Source of the DNA: Mobula hypostoma
Lineage: Eukaryota
Direction of reading: 5' to 3'
Length of the DNA: 64,000 bases
Assembly (NCBI RefSeq): GCF_963921235.1
Contig: NC_086097.1
Span: forward strand, 173,044,001 to 173,108,000
The position numbers and the translations under genes were made by a program. The notes below the pieces were generated by a model. That model was not told the origin of the DNA. It searched no databases and saw only the letters and a list, made by a program, of their open reading frames with translations. Shown here piece after piece: positions 1-12,460 of the stretch (positions within the stretch are counted from its first letter, which is position 1; each line of letters starts with the position of its first letter).

Positions 1-500
1 AAGAGGACCGGGTTGAGACAACAGAGACTTTTGGAGAAGAGGAGTTTGGTGGGTAATACCGTTCTGACTGACTGGAAGTGCACTGAGAGCGGTAAGCGTA
101 AAGGAGTTCGGTGCTTACTGTTCTGGCTAACAATGGATGGTGCAATCCGGGGTATAATACGATCGAGGAACGTGTTTGCAGACTGGATATTGAACTTTTT
201 ACTGTTGGACTTCGGCCACATTCCACCGTGATACAACACTTGGCGGCACGGGAGGTCGTTCCTGCCTGTGGCCATCGAATGTGCAGCTCCTCCTGTGGAG
301 GGTCACACACCCTGAGCCAATAGACTGGTCCTGGACTTATTTTCCATCTGGCATAGTTTGCATTTTAGTGTTTGATTGTTGGGGTTTTTTGTATTGCTAT
401 ATTTACGCTCTATTCTTGGTTGGTGCGGCTGTAACAAAACCAAATTTCCCCGGGATTAATAAAGTATATCTATCTATCTATCTATCTATCTATTTATCTA
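1..500 (+). mobile_element. Rex1/Babar-like LINE derivative, internally deleted (endonuclease fragment fused to 3' end), (TATC)n tail
   Basis: Frameshifted APE-endonuclease motifs (SGKRKG..VLANNGWCNPG..ERVCRLDIELFTVGLRP) join at ~222 to the Rex-type C-terminus (..GRSCLWP/FLPVAI..). AATAAA at 458-463 is followed by (TATC)n to 500. The left end is cut by the window. Confidence 0.7.
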
Positions 501-830
501 CACCTCAGTTCCCTACCATTCACTGTGTAAGTCGAAACTTGGTTTGTCCTTTCAAAGTGCACCACTAGTCACAGGCCTCCAGTCAGACAAACATCTATGT
601 ATTACCACTCTTTGGGTTCGCTCACTAAGCCAGTGTTGAATCCAACTGACTGCTTCATCCTGAATGCCAAGCAAATTAACCTTCTGGACCAGACTCCCAT
701 GTCGAACTTTGTCAAAAGCCTCGCTAAAGTTCATGTAAACAATGTCTACCACCACTACCATCAACTTCATCAACTGTCTTCCCTTCATGCACTCCGGTAG
801 TTGCTGAATACACGTCCTTCCAAATGAAAG
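501..830 (-). mobile_element. CR1 LINE RT fragment (decayed)
   Basis: ORF 552..836 (-): VDIVYMNFSEAFDKVRHGSLVQKV...WIQHWLSERTQRVV...SDWRPVTSG, a typical CR1 RT stretch. Confidence 0.85.
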
Positions 831-1509
831 GCACAAGTGCTACCACTCAGCCAGTGACATGCACAATCACTTATAGTTTTAAAGAATGGGGAGAAAACCT
901 GTACCACAAGCATTCAGCCAGCCTTGTATATCAACTTTCAGTGTGAGAGTCTCAATTTTATGAATATTACCAAATGCATGAAGCATAGTACGTTGATTTA
1001 GTGGGTTTAAAATGAAAATATGATTAGACCATGAGTTTTATGCAACATGATTTTTGGCATTACAATTGTCCTTGATCCTTGACAGCATGAAGAGTCATTA
1101 ATGCTTACAGTCTGTTCACTGAACATGAGATAGAACTAATCAGTGTAATTGAAAGTTTGACATCTGGCTAATATCCAAGGAGCATGAAACACAAGTGTCA
1201 GTTTAATTTCACTAAAAACTAACAACTTAAATCCAAGGCTCTTGCCAGTTATTTTGTAACCTTGCCATTGATTCCCTTTCTCTACAGGCTAAACTGGATT
1301 GCATAGGAAAACGTTAATAGTATCTGAAGCACGTCTGTTTCACTCCCCTTGCTTCTCTCTCAGTCTGTCACTTTCCACCCTAAGTAAGGATTGGGCTGAT
1401 TTTGCACTCTATTTCCACCCCATCATCATCCAAGTCTGTTATATCTTCCAATACAATGGAATCACCTGCCCTTTCACCTTGTCGAGATTACTCTATAATG
1501 GAAATGCAA

Positions 1510-1692
1510 CTAAAACTGCAGCTGCTGGATACCTGAAGTAAAAACAGAAAATATTGGTGATACTTAGCAGGTTAAGCAATATCTGTGCACTGAGAAACAA
1601 ACTTAACATTTCAGATCAATGATGCAAAATCAATAACTTAAAGGTTCTTTCACTATTGCTTGGGTACTGCCAGCATTTTCTGTTTCAGTTTC
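1510..1692. mobile_element. Old palindromic Penelope pLTR-derived element
   Basis: Begins aaaactgcagctgctggatacctgaagtaaaaacagaaaatattgg and ends ccagcattttctgtttcagtt. The degenerate inverted arms match the pLTR end seen in younger copies. Confidence 0.5.
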
Positions 1693-2928
1693 TGTTTCCT
1701 TCTTTCCTGGCACCAAGTACTTCAGATGAAGCAGTATAGCTCTGCTAAATTACTATACTGCATTCAGGGCTTATGATTTATATTTTGGAGAAACCAAATG
1801 CAGATTGGGTGCTTCACAGATCCGCTCCATTCAATCCATCAGATGAGTGAGAGTTTCCAGTTGCATATCCTTTAATTTTCTATCTCAATCCCATTCCATA
1901 GTTGGTCTCGTGCTCAATTTTGATAATTCTCAACATAATGCAGAGAACACCAGCACCACCCTGCTTCATCCAATCAATGTATAAAATCTGAATTCCGTTA
2001 ACTCTAATCTTTTAAGCTCCCTCATCACAACTCCTTGTCTTTGTCACTGATATTTCTTTGGACATCTAGCCCTTACATACAAAAATGCGTTTTCTCTCCT
2101 CAAGTCCTTCCTATAATCGACCTCCAAAACAGATTTTGATTGCCTGTCTTGAAATATTTAGCTTGACATTCCAATAAAATTGATTATGCTTCTGCAAAAC
2201 TCCAGGTGTGTTTTCTCCAAGTTCTGTATTTGGAAAGTTAAACAAATGGCATCACACTCCCATGCTTGGGAATTCTCAGTCACTGAAGAGAAATATTACA
2301 GAGAACTTCCAAAACCAAAAAGTCCACCCCATTTGCCCTGGTCCAAGCTGTTTGCCCTAGGATGTTTTTTTTGTCCCAGAATTCTACTGAAAACCTGGCT
2401 CCTGATGATTCACGTAGCTGGGTGCACTCACAGAATGGCATTGGCAACAAATGAGGCCCTGCCCTCCTGCCCCACCCCCGCCTGCATCCTCCTTCCACTG
2501 TGACAAAACAGTCAAAAGATTTCATTGAATGATTTGAAATGAAACAGTTTAAACGTGTGCTTATTTATTTTTGGTTTTCATTTACTCATGTTGGAATAAG
2601 AGGTAAGGTCCAGGAATGAACTTTAAAAGAAAGAAGTCATTTAGAGCCAGTGAGACTGGTGCTAAAACTGATAGAATTTTTACATCAAGACATATTAAGG
2701 GTGACAGAACTAAAATAAGGTTAAGCAACAGATCATCAGAAATTTACCTAGTGACATAAAAAGCTTGAAGACCTGAAGTACACTCCTCATTTGCTTTGTT
2801 GCAGGAGCAATACCGGAAATGGCAAGTGGCGGCTCTTGTTTGTAAATCTGTAACTGTCAACTCCACAATCTAGAGATTTTTTTAATATAATAGAATAATA
2901 TAAATACTTGAGCAATAATTCCACGTAC

Positions 2929-3130
2929 CTGCATCTTGTATATATTGAAACTGCCCAGTTCTCAAATCATCAGAACTATGTTCAGTATTGAAAGCCTGGT
3001 GTCTGCCCATGATAGATGGTGGTGGCTGTGTGTGGTCTGACATCTGTGACTTGGCATCTTGCCTGAGATAGCCTTGGAGAAGTTCATGTAGCAGATTCAG
3101 GCAGCTCAAATGCTCTTGGCCCCAGAATAT
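2929..3130 (-). CDS. VPS13B: VPS13B internal coding exon (202 nt; IFWGQEHLSCLNLLHELLQGYL...EHSSDDLRTGQFQYIQDA)
   Basis: Matches my recollection of human VPS13B VFWGQEHLNCLVLLHELLNGYL...EQSSDDLRTGLFQYVQDA. Acceptor ttctatttag|ATA, donor CAG|gtacgt; phase 0 to 1. Confidence 0.96.
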
Positions 3131-3257
3131 CTAAATAGAAACCAAAAAGAGTAGCACAGCTACTGATAACGTGCATGGGAACACAACACTAAAAATCAAA
3201 GATCCACTTAAAAGAGACTGACTAATAGAGTTTGGAATTCATTCCTCTAAGATTGAA

Positions 3258-3730
3258 CTATGTTTGGCCTTTTTGAAACCAGCAATAAATAAAAATTTCA
3301 TTGGGTTTGTTACAGCATTCGAGTATTATGTGCAGATCTGGTTGCCACATTATAAAAAGGATGCGGTTGTGTTGGAGAAAGAGCAGAGGAGATTCACCAG
3401 AATATTGACTAGACTGGACAAATTTAGTTATGGGGAAAGACTGGACAAGCTGTGCTGTTTTCCCTGGATTGAAGGAGGCTGCAAGGTGACCTGATATAGG
3501 TATATAAATTCTAACATGTAGAGATAAGGTAGTTAGCCAGAATCTTTTCAAAAACAAGAGGACATGGGCTTAAGGTGTGAGGAAGGAGTTTTAAAGGAGA
3601 TTAGAAGGGCAAGTTTTTTTTATACTAAGAGTGGTTAATATTTGGAAATCGTTGTGGAAGTGATGGAGTCAGATGCATTCACAACATTTGAGATTCATTC
3701 AGACAGGCATTTAAAGAGGCAAGGCATATT
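3258..3730 (+). mobile_element. CR1 LINE 3' fragment
   Basis: ORF 3264..3494: FEYYVQIWLPHYKKDAVVLEKEQRRFTRIL, the CR1 ORF2 C-terminal motif. Confidence 0.85.
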
Positions 3731-3749
3731 TACTGCTCCTTAAAACCTT

Positions 3750-4170
3750 GTATATTGAGCAGGAGAAAGGACCAACCACGTGAGCTATTTCCCAACATTT
3801 CGTACAACTGCAACATCACACCCCTTACATTCAATTGCTCTGCTTGTATAAGCAAGCATACCAAAAATGCCCTTTTTCACTACTCTGCCCATGTATGTTG
3901 CAATTTTCAGGGAACTATGGATGTGCTCTTCAGGCCTCTCTGTATATCATTGCTTCTGAGGTTTCTGCCATTTAGTCTATATGTTCTGATAGAATGCGAC
4001 CTTCAAAAGAGCACTACCTCACTTGACTGAATTAAATTCCATCAGTCACTGCTTCACTAAACTTTCCAACTAATCTATGTCCCCCTAGACAACACTTTGC
4101 TACCTACAGCTCCACCAATATTTGTGTCATCTGCAAATTTACTAATCATACTCCCTACATTTTCATACAA
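3750..4170 (-). mobile_element. CR1 LINE fragment (decayed)
   Basis: Reverse complement resembles the CR1 RT region (tttgcagatgacacaaat = FADDT; gatggaatttaattcagtcaagtgag). Confidence 0.7.
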
Positions 4171-6329
4171 TTCATAAATATACTGTATTTATATATAGCC
4201 ATTTAGATATCACAAACAAATTATTGTTGGCAATAATAATCCAACTTTAGTTCTATACTCAAAAAGAACCTAGACAAAGCACGTAATCGTCACTTTGAAG
4301 CATATGATAGCCCAGAACTAACACTAAACTTTAGGAAAACAAGTTTCACAGAGCTGATTGAGCAAAGGCAATCTGAAGTGACAGCTAGGAACTGAACAAA
4401 TATAAACACATCACTTACCTCCATAGGGGTTGCTTCCAGTGGACCAACCCAGATGTTGAGATTCAGCACAGAATCTGATGTGTCACCCCTGCCTTCAGCA
4501 GGTTGTCTTGCTGCATACCCAGTAACAAGAAGATCAAATACATTGTAGACTTTCAGCTTAAAAGCTGTGGCAAGTGTAACTCTCCTCTAAGGCTGCTAGA
4601 CTTGGATGGCCTTTGAAAACCTGGAATAATAGTTTCTTTGGAAGAGCCTCAATACAAACTGCTAGGATCCCTGCATGAATTTGTATCTTTCAAGAGGCCA
4701 ACATCTTGTGTATTGAAGTCCTGGTTATCTAGTGTCAACTGAGGTGGGGCACTGGATACATGAATCTGATGCAAGCCTAGCAAAACAATTGCTGTGCATT
4801 TAGTTCAATAGAGAAAAGAAATGGAAAGGCCAAAAGAAACACTCAGACATCCTCAAGCCAAACATCACATAGTGGGATACAGCAGGCTAGAGTAATGTTA
4901 TAGAGTCATCGAGTCATGTAGCACAGAACCAGGCCCCTCAGGCCAACTGGCCCTTGCCAACCAAGACACCTATCTAAGCTTTTATATCCTTGTCCAGGTG
5001 ACTTTTTAATGGCTAAATACTCTCAGAGAAAGAGAAACTACCTTTGAAGAAAATTATCATATTGGGATCACAGAGAAACACAAGAATAGCAAGGGCAGAT
5101 AAACCTCTCATAGTAACTCACAGCTAAATTTAACACTTAGCACTACCAGATTTAACCATCAACCCTGGGGAGCATTGCTGCTGCTGTTGACAACTTTTTG
5201 GAAAGTGGCAACCTCCCACAACACAACCTCAATATTGATAGTAATTGCCTTACTACTATCACATGCACTGAGATACAGCAAAAAGCTTGTTTTGCATGAC
5301 ATCCAGACAGATTATTTCATATATTTAGGCACATCAAGATAGTTTAAAATAGTAAGTTGTAACATAATGCAGAATATGGTCTCACAGTTATAGACAGCAT
5401 GCAATGCAGGTAGGCAGATAAAGTGTAAGGACCATGACTGTGATCAAGAGAAAATGTTTATCACACAAGGTCCATTCAACAGTCTAATACAGGGGATAAA
5501 ATTCATCCTTGAGCCTGGTAGTATGTGTTTTAAAACTTTTCTGTCTTCTGGGTAAAAGGAAGATGAAGGGAGAATAACTGGGTAGAAGGTTGGGGGGGGG
5601 TTGTTTATTTATTCATTTTCCAGGATCAGAATATCACTAATAAACATTGCTCATCTTTCTGTTGAAGGTGTTCCCACAGAATTATCAGTATAGCAGACCC
5701 AGCACAATGAAGGAATGGTGATATATCTCCAAGTCATGATGATGTGGACAAGCTGCAAGTGGTGGTGATCTCAATAGTTTTGATCTTCTCAGTAGTCAAA
5801 GACAAGGGTTTGGGAGGCGCTGCCAGAGTAGACAGGGAAGTAACTGCACTGTGTCCAGGGCAGAGGGAGAGAATGACAGGGTGCCAATCAAACAGGCTGC
5901 TTTGACCTGGATGATGTAGAGCTTTGAAAGAGTATTTGGAGTTTCACTCATCCACGCAATTGATTCCATCACACTCTTAACTTGGGCCTTGCACGTGTTG
6001 GCAATGTTTATGTCTGTTAAGAAGTGAGTATCTTGGTGCATGATATCCAGCCCCTCGACTGCTTTTGGAATCCCAATATATATGTGGCAGGTACAGTTGA
6101 GATTTTGATCGAAGTGATCTCCATAATGTTGATCATTTGGAATATGAGGCAGTTCACCACAACCTTCTCAAAAACAAATGGGAAAAAGCAAAATGTGCTT
6201 GTCTTGCCTACCATGCCTACATCATAAAATTTAATACTGTATATAAAATACAAAATCATATTAGCAGTGCAACTAAATACTACAGGTAGGTGGTTAGACC
6301 CTGTCTTATTTATTTATTTATGTATTTGA

Positions 6330-6553
6330 AGATATAGCACAGTAAAACTCTTGCTACCCAATTACGCCCATGAGACCAATAAACCTACAAACCTTCCAAA
6401 CCTTTGGAATGTGGGAGGAAACCAGAGCACCTGGAGGAAATCCATGTGGCCATAGGGAGAACGTGCAAATTCCTTACAGAGAGCAGCAGAATCTGAAGCT
6501 GGGTCACTGGCGCTGAAACAGCATTATGCTAACCGCTATGCAACCATGCTGCT
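6330..6553 (-). mobile_element. V-SINE (HE1-like tRNA-derived SINE)
   Basis: Reverse complement gives gcagcatggttgcatagcggttagc...cagcgccagtgacccagcttcagattc...tttgcacgttctccctatggccacatggatttcctccaggtgctctggtttcctcccacattccaaagg, i.e. a tRNA head plus the V-domain. Confidence 0.85.
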
Positions 6554-7950
6554 CCAGTGGTTTCTTTAAATTTTTGAACAGAATTGTTGGAGATGGTCAA
6601 TGCTTTGTATTTCTGTGGCAAAGATCGTGATGAGGTCTGAAGCTGAGTGGTCCTGCTGAAACTCAAACTAGACACTGGTGAGCAAGGTATAGGTGACTAA
6701 GTGTTGTTTGACAGCACCATCTGCATTCTGTATGCTACATTTTGTTACTGTTTTACCCTTGTACAACACTGGATGTGGTGAAATGATCTGTATGGATGGC
6801 GTGCAAAACAGATTTTCACTGTACCTCGGTACATGTGACAATAATAAACCAATTACCACTATCAGCACTTTCCATTGCTTGCTCATGGAGGAGATTAAAC
6901 AGATTGGCAGAAATCTGCGGGAGGATTGGAGTTAGCCTGTTTTTGTGAAATTGGATATATCCAGACAATTTTCCACATGATCGGGTTGACAAGAAGTGCA
7001 GCTGGTTCTGCAACACAGGTATTCAGTACAACAGCTAAAATGTTGGCTGATGCTACAGTCTTTGCCATGATTATTTCTTTCAGACATTTTTTGAGCAGTA
7101 AGGATCTCAAATTGGTGAGATTATTCTGGCTGAATCTGTTTTTGTTAAGGTGGCAGACAAAAAACACTAGTTGGGTCACAAATATAAATATAATCCCTTA
7201 AGAGCTTTGTATATCCTTTTCAGAGTGCAACAAGGTGTCTGTTTAATGTCTCATAATTAAACTCAACAATAGACCACACAGCATTGTCCTGGTGCAACAG
7301 CCTAAATGTTTGTGCTCAAGGCTCTGGAACGACAATCTTCTGACTCAGACAAGACTGTTCACTTCTATGCACACCAATCAGAAGAACCCCAGGGTAATTT
7401 CATTAGAAGAGAAAACTTTTGAACCACCCAATATCTACAAATCTGTGAATCTGTAAGATTCAGATGCAATAATCCTCCATAAAAGGTGGAAAGAATTTAT
7501 ATCTCTGTTCAACACTGAAGTCAAGCTGGGGATGCCAAGGGTCAATTGAAAATTAGGTTTCTGTGCCCACTGTGATCTTTATTTGCAGAATGAAAACGAT
7601 GACAAACTATTTATCCCAACAACTTACCTCAAAAGTTTTATCTCTATTATTAAGAAAACAAAAATATTTATGAATGTAGGTACCATACAGTATGATATTG
7701 GTCATTTCATTTTATTGCCCCACTCAAATGTTTGTTTTCCTCTGATCTTTTTAGAAGTTTATTACTCAATGTTAAAAAAAATCAACTACTTCAAATGTAA
7801 GAGTGTTGAAGTTTACCAGATAACCCGATCATGTTACCAGGGTGCTCTCTGCTTGATTTAGAGAGCTGGAAATAAAAGACATTTGGGTCAAACAAGGAAC
7901 AGACTCATTAAAGCCAGACTCTCCCAGACACCACTGCCACCCACACAAAC

Positions 7951-8153
7951 CTGAATCAGCCCAGCTTTCACGTCAACCAGCACTTTTGGAATGGAGTGAA
8001 AAGGGTCAGGGTCGCCACTGTGCCTACACCACTTAGCTTCCAGTTGCATTGAACAGCAGAACGGACCAATTAGTGCCTTACTCCTGTCTTTGAGGCATGT
8101 CTTTATGAGCAAGTCCTTCAGTTGAAGTGTAAATGTGGCACCCAAGATCATTC
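7951..8153 (-). CDS. VPS13B: VPS13B internal coding exon (203 nt; (G)MILGATFTLQLKDLLIKTCLKDRSKALIGP...EAKWCRHSG...AGLIQ)
   Basis: Matches human GIILGSSFLLSINDFLLKTSLKERSRILIGP...EAKWCKHSG...GGLLQ. Acceptor ttcctctgtttaag|GA, donor CAG|gtttgt; phase 1 to 0. Confidence 0.96.
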
Positions 8154-11100
8154 CTTAAACAGAGGAAGAAAAGAATGTCAAATTTATCCTCTCTTGCACA
8201 ACTGCACAATAAATTAAATAGTGCAAGGCTAAAAGAAACATTTGTCTTAGCCTTCATTCTTTCTGCAGTTCTTATGAATCAGTTCTCTGATCTTTACATC
8301 TGTACGTAATTAATACAGGATGCCAGCTCCTAAGCAGCATTGTGGAGTTATGAGCAAACTGCTGAAGCAACTGAACTCTCTGCAATAATTTATGGAACAC
8401 AATTTATTTTGCTGACTGACTGATCTGCCTTGTAAAGGAAATATAACATGTACTCTTGTGCTCAGCCGAATATTCTGCATACTTGAATATTTCGAAATCT
8501 GTATTTTAATTCAGCTTCTTGAAAAAAATAATTTAACACCTTTCCCGGAACATTGCTCAGGGGGCAGAAGCATAAAATACATCTTTTACATTACACTCTC
8601 ACAGATGCTGACTATAGCAAATTGAGCTCTGGGGATGGTACTTAAGGTGTATTTAGCTGTCCCTTCCCTTCTAAAGCAGGAACATGAAAACACTTAACAT
8701 ATGTTTTAAGAGACATTAAATTTAGTTCAAAGTAAACAATGGAAGCAATTTGTTTGATGCTGACATATATTCTGTTATTCATATTTTCTCCACCACTCCT
8801 TCAGCAAGGGCATGTGAAAACAAATCACATGCATAGTCACACTACAAATTTAAGTGATCCTATTAATTTCTAACTGTATGCAGTCAGAGCAAAACGCTGT
8901 GAAACGGAGCTTCAAAGTGAATGCGTACAGCTTTGTTGAGCAGAGTGTATACCTTTGCAGAGTCAATATCATTTAGTCTTCAGTAAATGCACACAGTGAT
9001 GTTAAGCAGATGAGATCCGTGTAGGTATCATTTATAACCTTTCCTGTTAAAATCATTACTATATTGACTGCTGGAAACCCATATTTGTTGCCTTCACTTC
9101 AAACACAGAGAAGCAGGCACATTTATTATTTTAATCCATCATAGTACTTATTTTCACTTTATTGGGGCACTGTGGTGTTCTTTTACACATCATTTCTGTA
9201 GCTTTTAATTAAATTTTATGGCTTCAGCCAAGAATCCTGGATGTTTTGTGTCTAACTAGGTTCAAGCAGAGTTCAGGTCAGAGATGAATCAGAAGAAAAC
9301 ACAGAGATGGTTATCAATTTATATGATCTCATCTGGCTAAATCACAGAGAAGGCAGGTAAACAGCTGTCAGAACACTGAAGAGGCAACAGACCAAGTCAC
9401 AGTTTTGACAACAACTAATTCTAACTAATTCCTCCAATAAACCACTGTTAAAAATTACAAATTTGAAAATTGTTGCTATTTTCCTAAAACTTAAATGATT
9501 AAAGAGAGAAAAAAGAACTAACTACAAGAGAGATATCTGATCTTTTCCAGCTCCACTAATCTTCACTTAAATATTTCAGCATTATTTTTTAAACAATCCA
9601 AGAGACATCAAGCTTAATTTTCATGCTCTCTTGCATTTGTTATATTTATTTGAATTCTACAGGACTGATCAGCGTCAACTTTTTAGCACAGAGCATTTCT
9701 GGAGGCTTTAGACTGCTTTAAATTCACAATTTATTGCAGGTTTCTGGCCCAAGGATTAGGTGGTGGCTTGTTTCTTCAACATTACAACATCTGTTCTTTC
9801 CTCCTACATTTTACTTTCACTGGATTTCAAACACACCTCAGCAGAAGGCAAACACTGACAGGAATTAAGATTCTGGTGCTTTTCGTATTATTGCAAGATT
9901 CAGTGAACTTAGCTTGGTGTCAGCTAAATCCTTTTAGTTTTTCTTTTCAGAGAGTGGGGGATATGCTGTAATGACGTTCAAAATCCCAGTTGTTACAGAG
10001 CCAATATGATCATAACCTCTCATCGAGTGCAGGGAAGATGGAGGGTTTAAACAACTTGGTGTCAAATGTGACAAAATCAAGTGACCCAATATTCTACTGC
10101 AGTTCCAGGGGAAATTTTAATGGTGATTTGTATTCATCTCTACAAACTACATTTGGGTTCAATCCCTCGTGGTTTCCTTAATGTTTAATTTGTCTGCCGG
10201 CTTACACTGACAAAAAAAATTATTTCATGTGGTGCACACAGTAGTAAACTCCTGAGCTGCTTTCTAGAGGTGCAGTAGTACTTTTGATTCTATCTAATAC
10301 AGCTTTCATGGAATGTAGGTTATTCAGTACCATGGCAAAATAACACCAAACAATACAGACCATGAACATTGATACATTAAGGTGAGTTTATGATTGTTGT
10401 GTTGTTTACCTTATAACATTTCAAGAAGTAAATATTATTATAATAAAGAGAGGGAAGACTAAAAAGTTCTGTGAATTGAAAAAAAATGTTTATATCTATC
10501 TTCTGTTAAAAATACACCAGGAGATAGTAAATTGGATGATCCATCTGTAGAACTAGTTGACCTCCGTCACAGGTATGGCAGATTGGCTTCAATGTCCTGG
10601 CTAGGCTATAGGGATACCAAACATGGGTCCAGCTCTCAATTATTAACTAATATCCAGTGTTGGAAGTGTGTGCATCAGGCAAGGAAACCTGATGCATTGT
10701 GTGTCAAAACTCAAAACATGTTCCACATGTCCCACACAGTTACAGTGAGAATGTACAAACTCCTTACCCCAGTCACTGATGCAGTAATGTGTTATGCTAA
10801 CTGCTACATTACCATGTTGCCAAAGAGTTAACATTTCAGGTCGAGGCCCTTCCATGCCTTTCATGGCAGACCAGATAATGGTTTTGAACCAAAATGTCAG
10901 CTATCTATTTCCATCCACAGTTCATGTCTGACCCACTGAGTTCCTTCAGAGTTTTGCTTGTTGCTTAAAAAAAATAACTACATTGCCTGCTCCCCTTAAG
11001 GAACCGAAGTATAAAACACAAGAGCTGGGAGGTTACATTAGAACTGCAGGCCACACTTAGTCAGCCCACAACTTGTGTATGATGTGTTTTGTGTAAGATG

Positions 11101-11259
11101 CAGTTGAAATAGAGAGGGTGCAGAGAGCAAGTGGACAAGAAATGGGGAAGCAGAATTTTAAATGAACTGAAGCGTTTAGCCCCTGAGAAGCTTGTGAGCA
11201 CAGCAGTGGAACAATTAAGCAAGTACACATGACAAAGTTTCCAATAGTGATTGCATATT

Positions 11260-11620
11260 GAGTGGTGAAAGGCCTTGATAGAGTGGATGTGGACAGGATG
11301 TTTCCTATGATGGGAGAGTCAAAGACCTGAGGATACAGCCTCAGAACAGAGGAGCATCCTTTTAGAATGGAGATAAAGAGGAATTTCTTTAGCCAGAGAG
11401 TGTGAGTCTATGGAATTATTTGCCACAGGCAGCTGTGGAGGCCAAGTCTTTATCTATATTTAAGGCAGAAGATGATAGCTTCTTGACTGGTCAGGGCATG
11501 AAGAGATATGGGGAGAAGGCAGGAGATTTGGGGCTGAGAGGAAAATTGGATCAGCCATGATGAAATGGCGGAGCAGACTCGATGGTCTAAATGGCCCAGT
11601 TCTGATCCTTTATCTTACAT
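11260..11620 (+). mobile_element. CR1 LINE 3' end
   Basis: ggccttgatagagtggatgtggacaggatgtttcct...tttagccagagagtg...gagcagactcgatggtctaaatggcc..tcttac, the CR1/HER1 3' terminus. Confidence 0.85.
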
Positions 11621-11729
11621 TGGCCATTCTAATTGGGCAGAGCCTGTGAAAGGGCTAGGATTTAAGGTAAGGTTTCCATGTGGTAATCAGACCCATCACT
11701 GTGGATGACCCTGCCATAAAAGCACTTAG

Positions 11730-11865
11730 CAAACAAGAGAAAATCTGCAGATGCTGGAAATCCATGCAACACAAACAAAATACTGGAAGAACTCGGCAAG
11801 CCAGGCAGCAGCTATGGAAAAAAGTACAGTTGACATTCCTGGCCAAGACCTTTTGGCAGGACAGC
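11730..11865 (-). mobile_element. Penelope pLTR fragment
   Basis: aaacaagagaaaatctgcagatgctggaaatccatgcaacac...ccaggcagcagctatggaaaaaagtacagttgacattcc; same motif as the pLTRs attached to RT/GIY-YIG copies elsewhere in the window. Confidence 0.8.
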
Positions 11866-12460
11866 TGCAGGAAATCTTCATGCATCCTTTGGGAAGCTCT
11901 GAGGATTGAGACAAGCATGGAGATAACAAAAGGATGACCAGCCATTAGATAAAATAGTTTGGGGTTATAATGCCAGCCAATGTTAAGACTTGAAAGAGAA
12001 ATTGTGTGGTCAGCTTTTTAACAGGAATTGGATCTCATGGATGTAAATTGAGAGGAGATGGAATTGAAATGAGAGTGTACTAGAAGTGAGAGAATGAAGA
12101 AGGATGGAATGGAAAGATTTAAGTGGATACTTGAGGAGAGAATGAACAGAATGATCAGAGATAAGTTATTGGGCCATCTATCTAGTTGCTGGTATTGAGA
12201 AGCAGTGGCTGTCCCAACTGCATCAATGTGCCAATTAACTAGTTAATGGCTATTTCATCAGATAGATATAGTGTGTATGTCTGGTTAATATATAGCTCCT
12301 TTCATGTTTCTTTCTCAAACTATCTTACAGCCAAGTATGTAATTTTAAGGACAAGAATTTTAAGACTGTTCTAACGTTGGCCAAGTAGCTTGCTCATAGA
12401 AGCAACCACAAGCAACAATATGATAATGACCAGATAAATACTTGTCAACAAAATGCTTCA

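Noticed and set aside
4419..4620. 202-nt candidate exon as a duplicated, mutually exclusive copy of exon 2929-3130 (same length, VF.G start)
   Set aside because: No convincing nucleotide or peptide alignment by eye, and it has an in-frame stop. Kept only as a cryptic-exon candidate.
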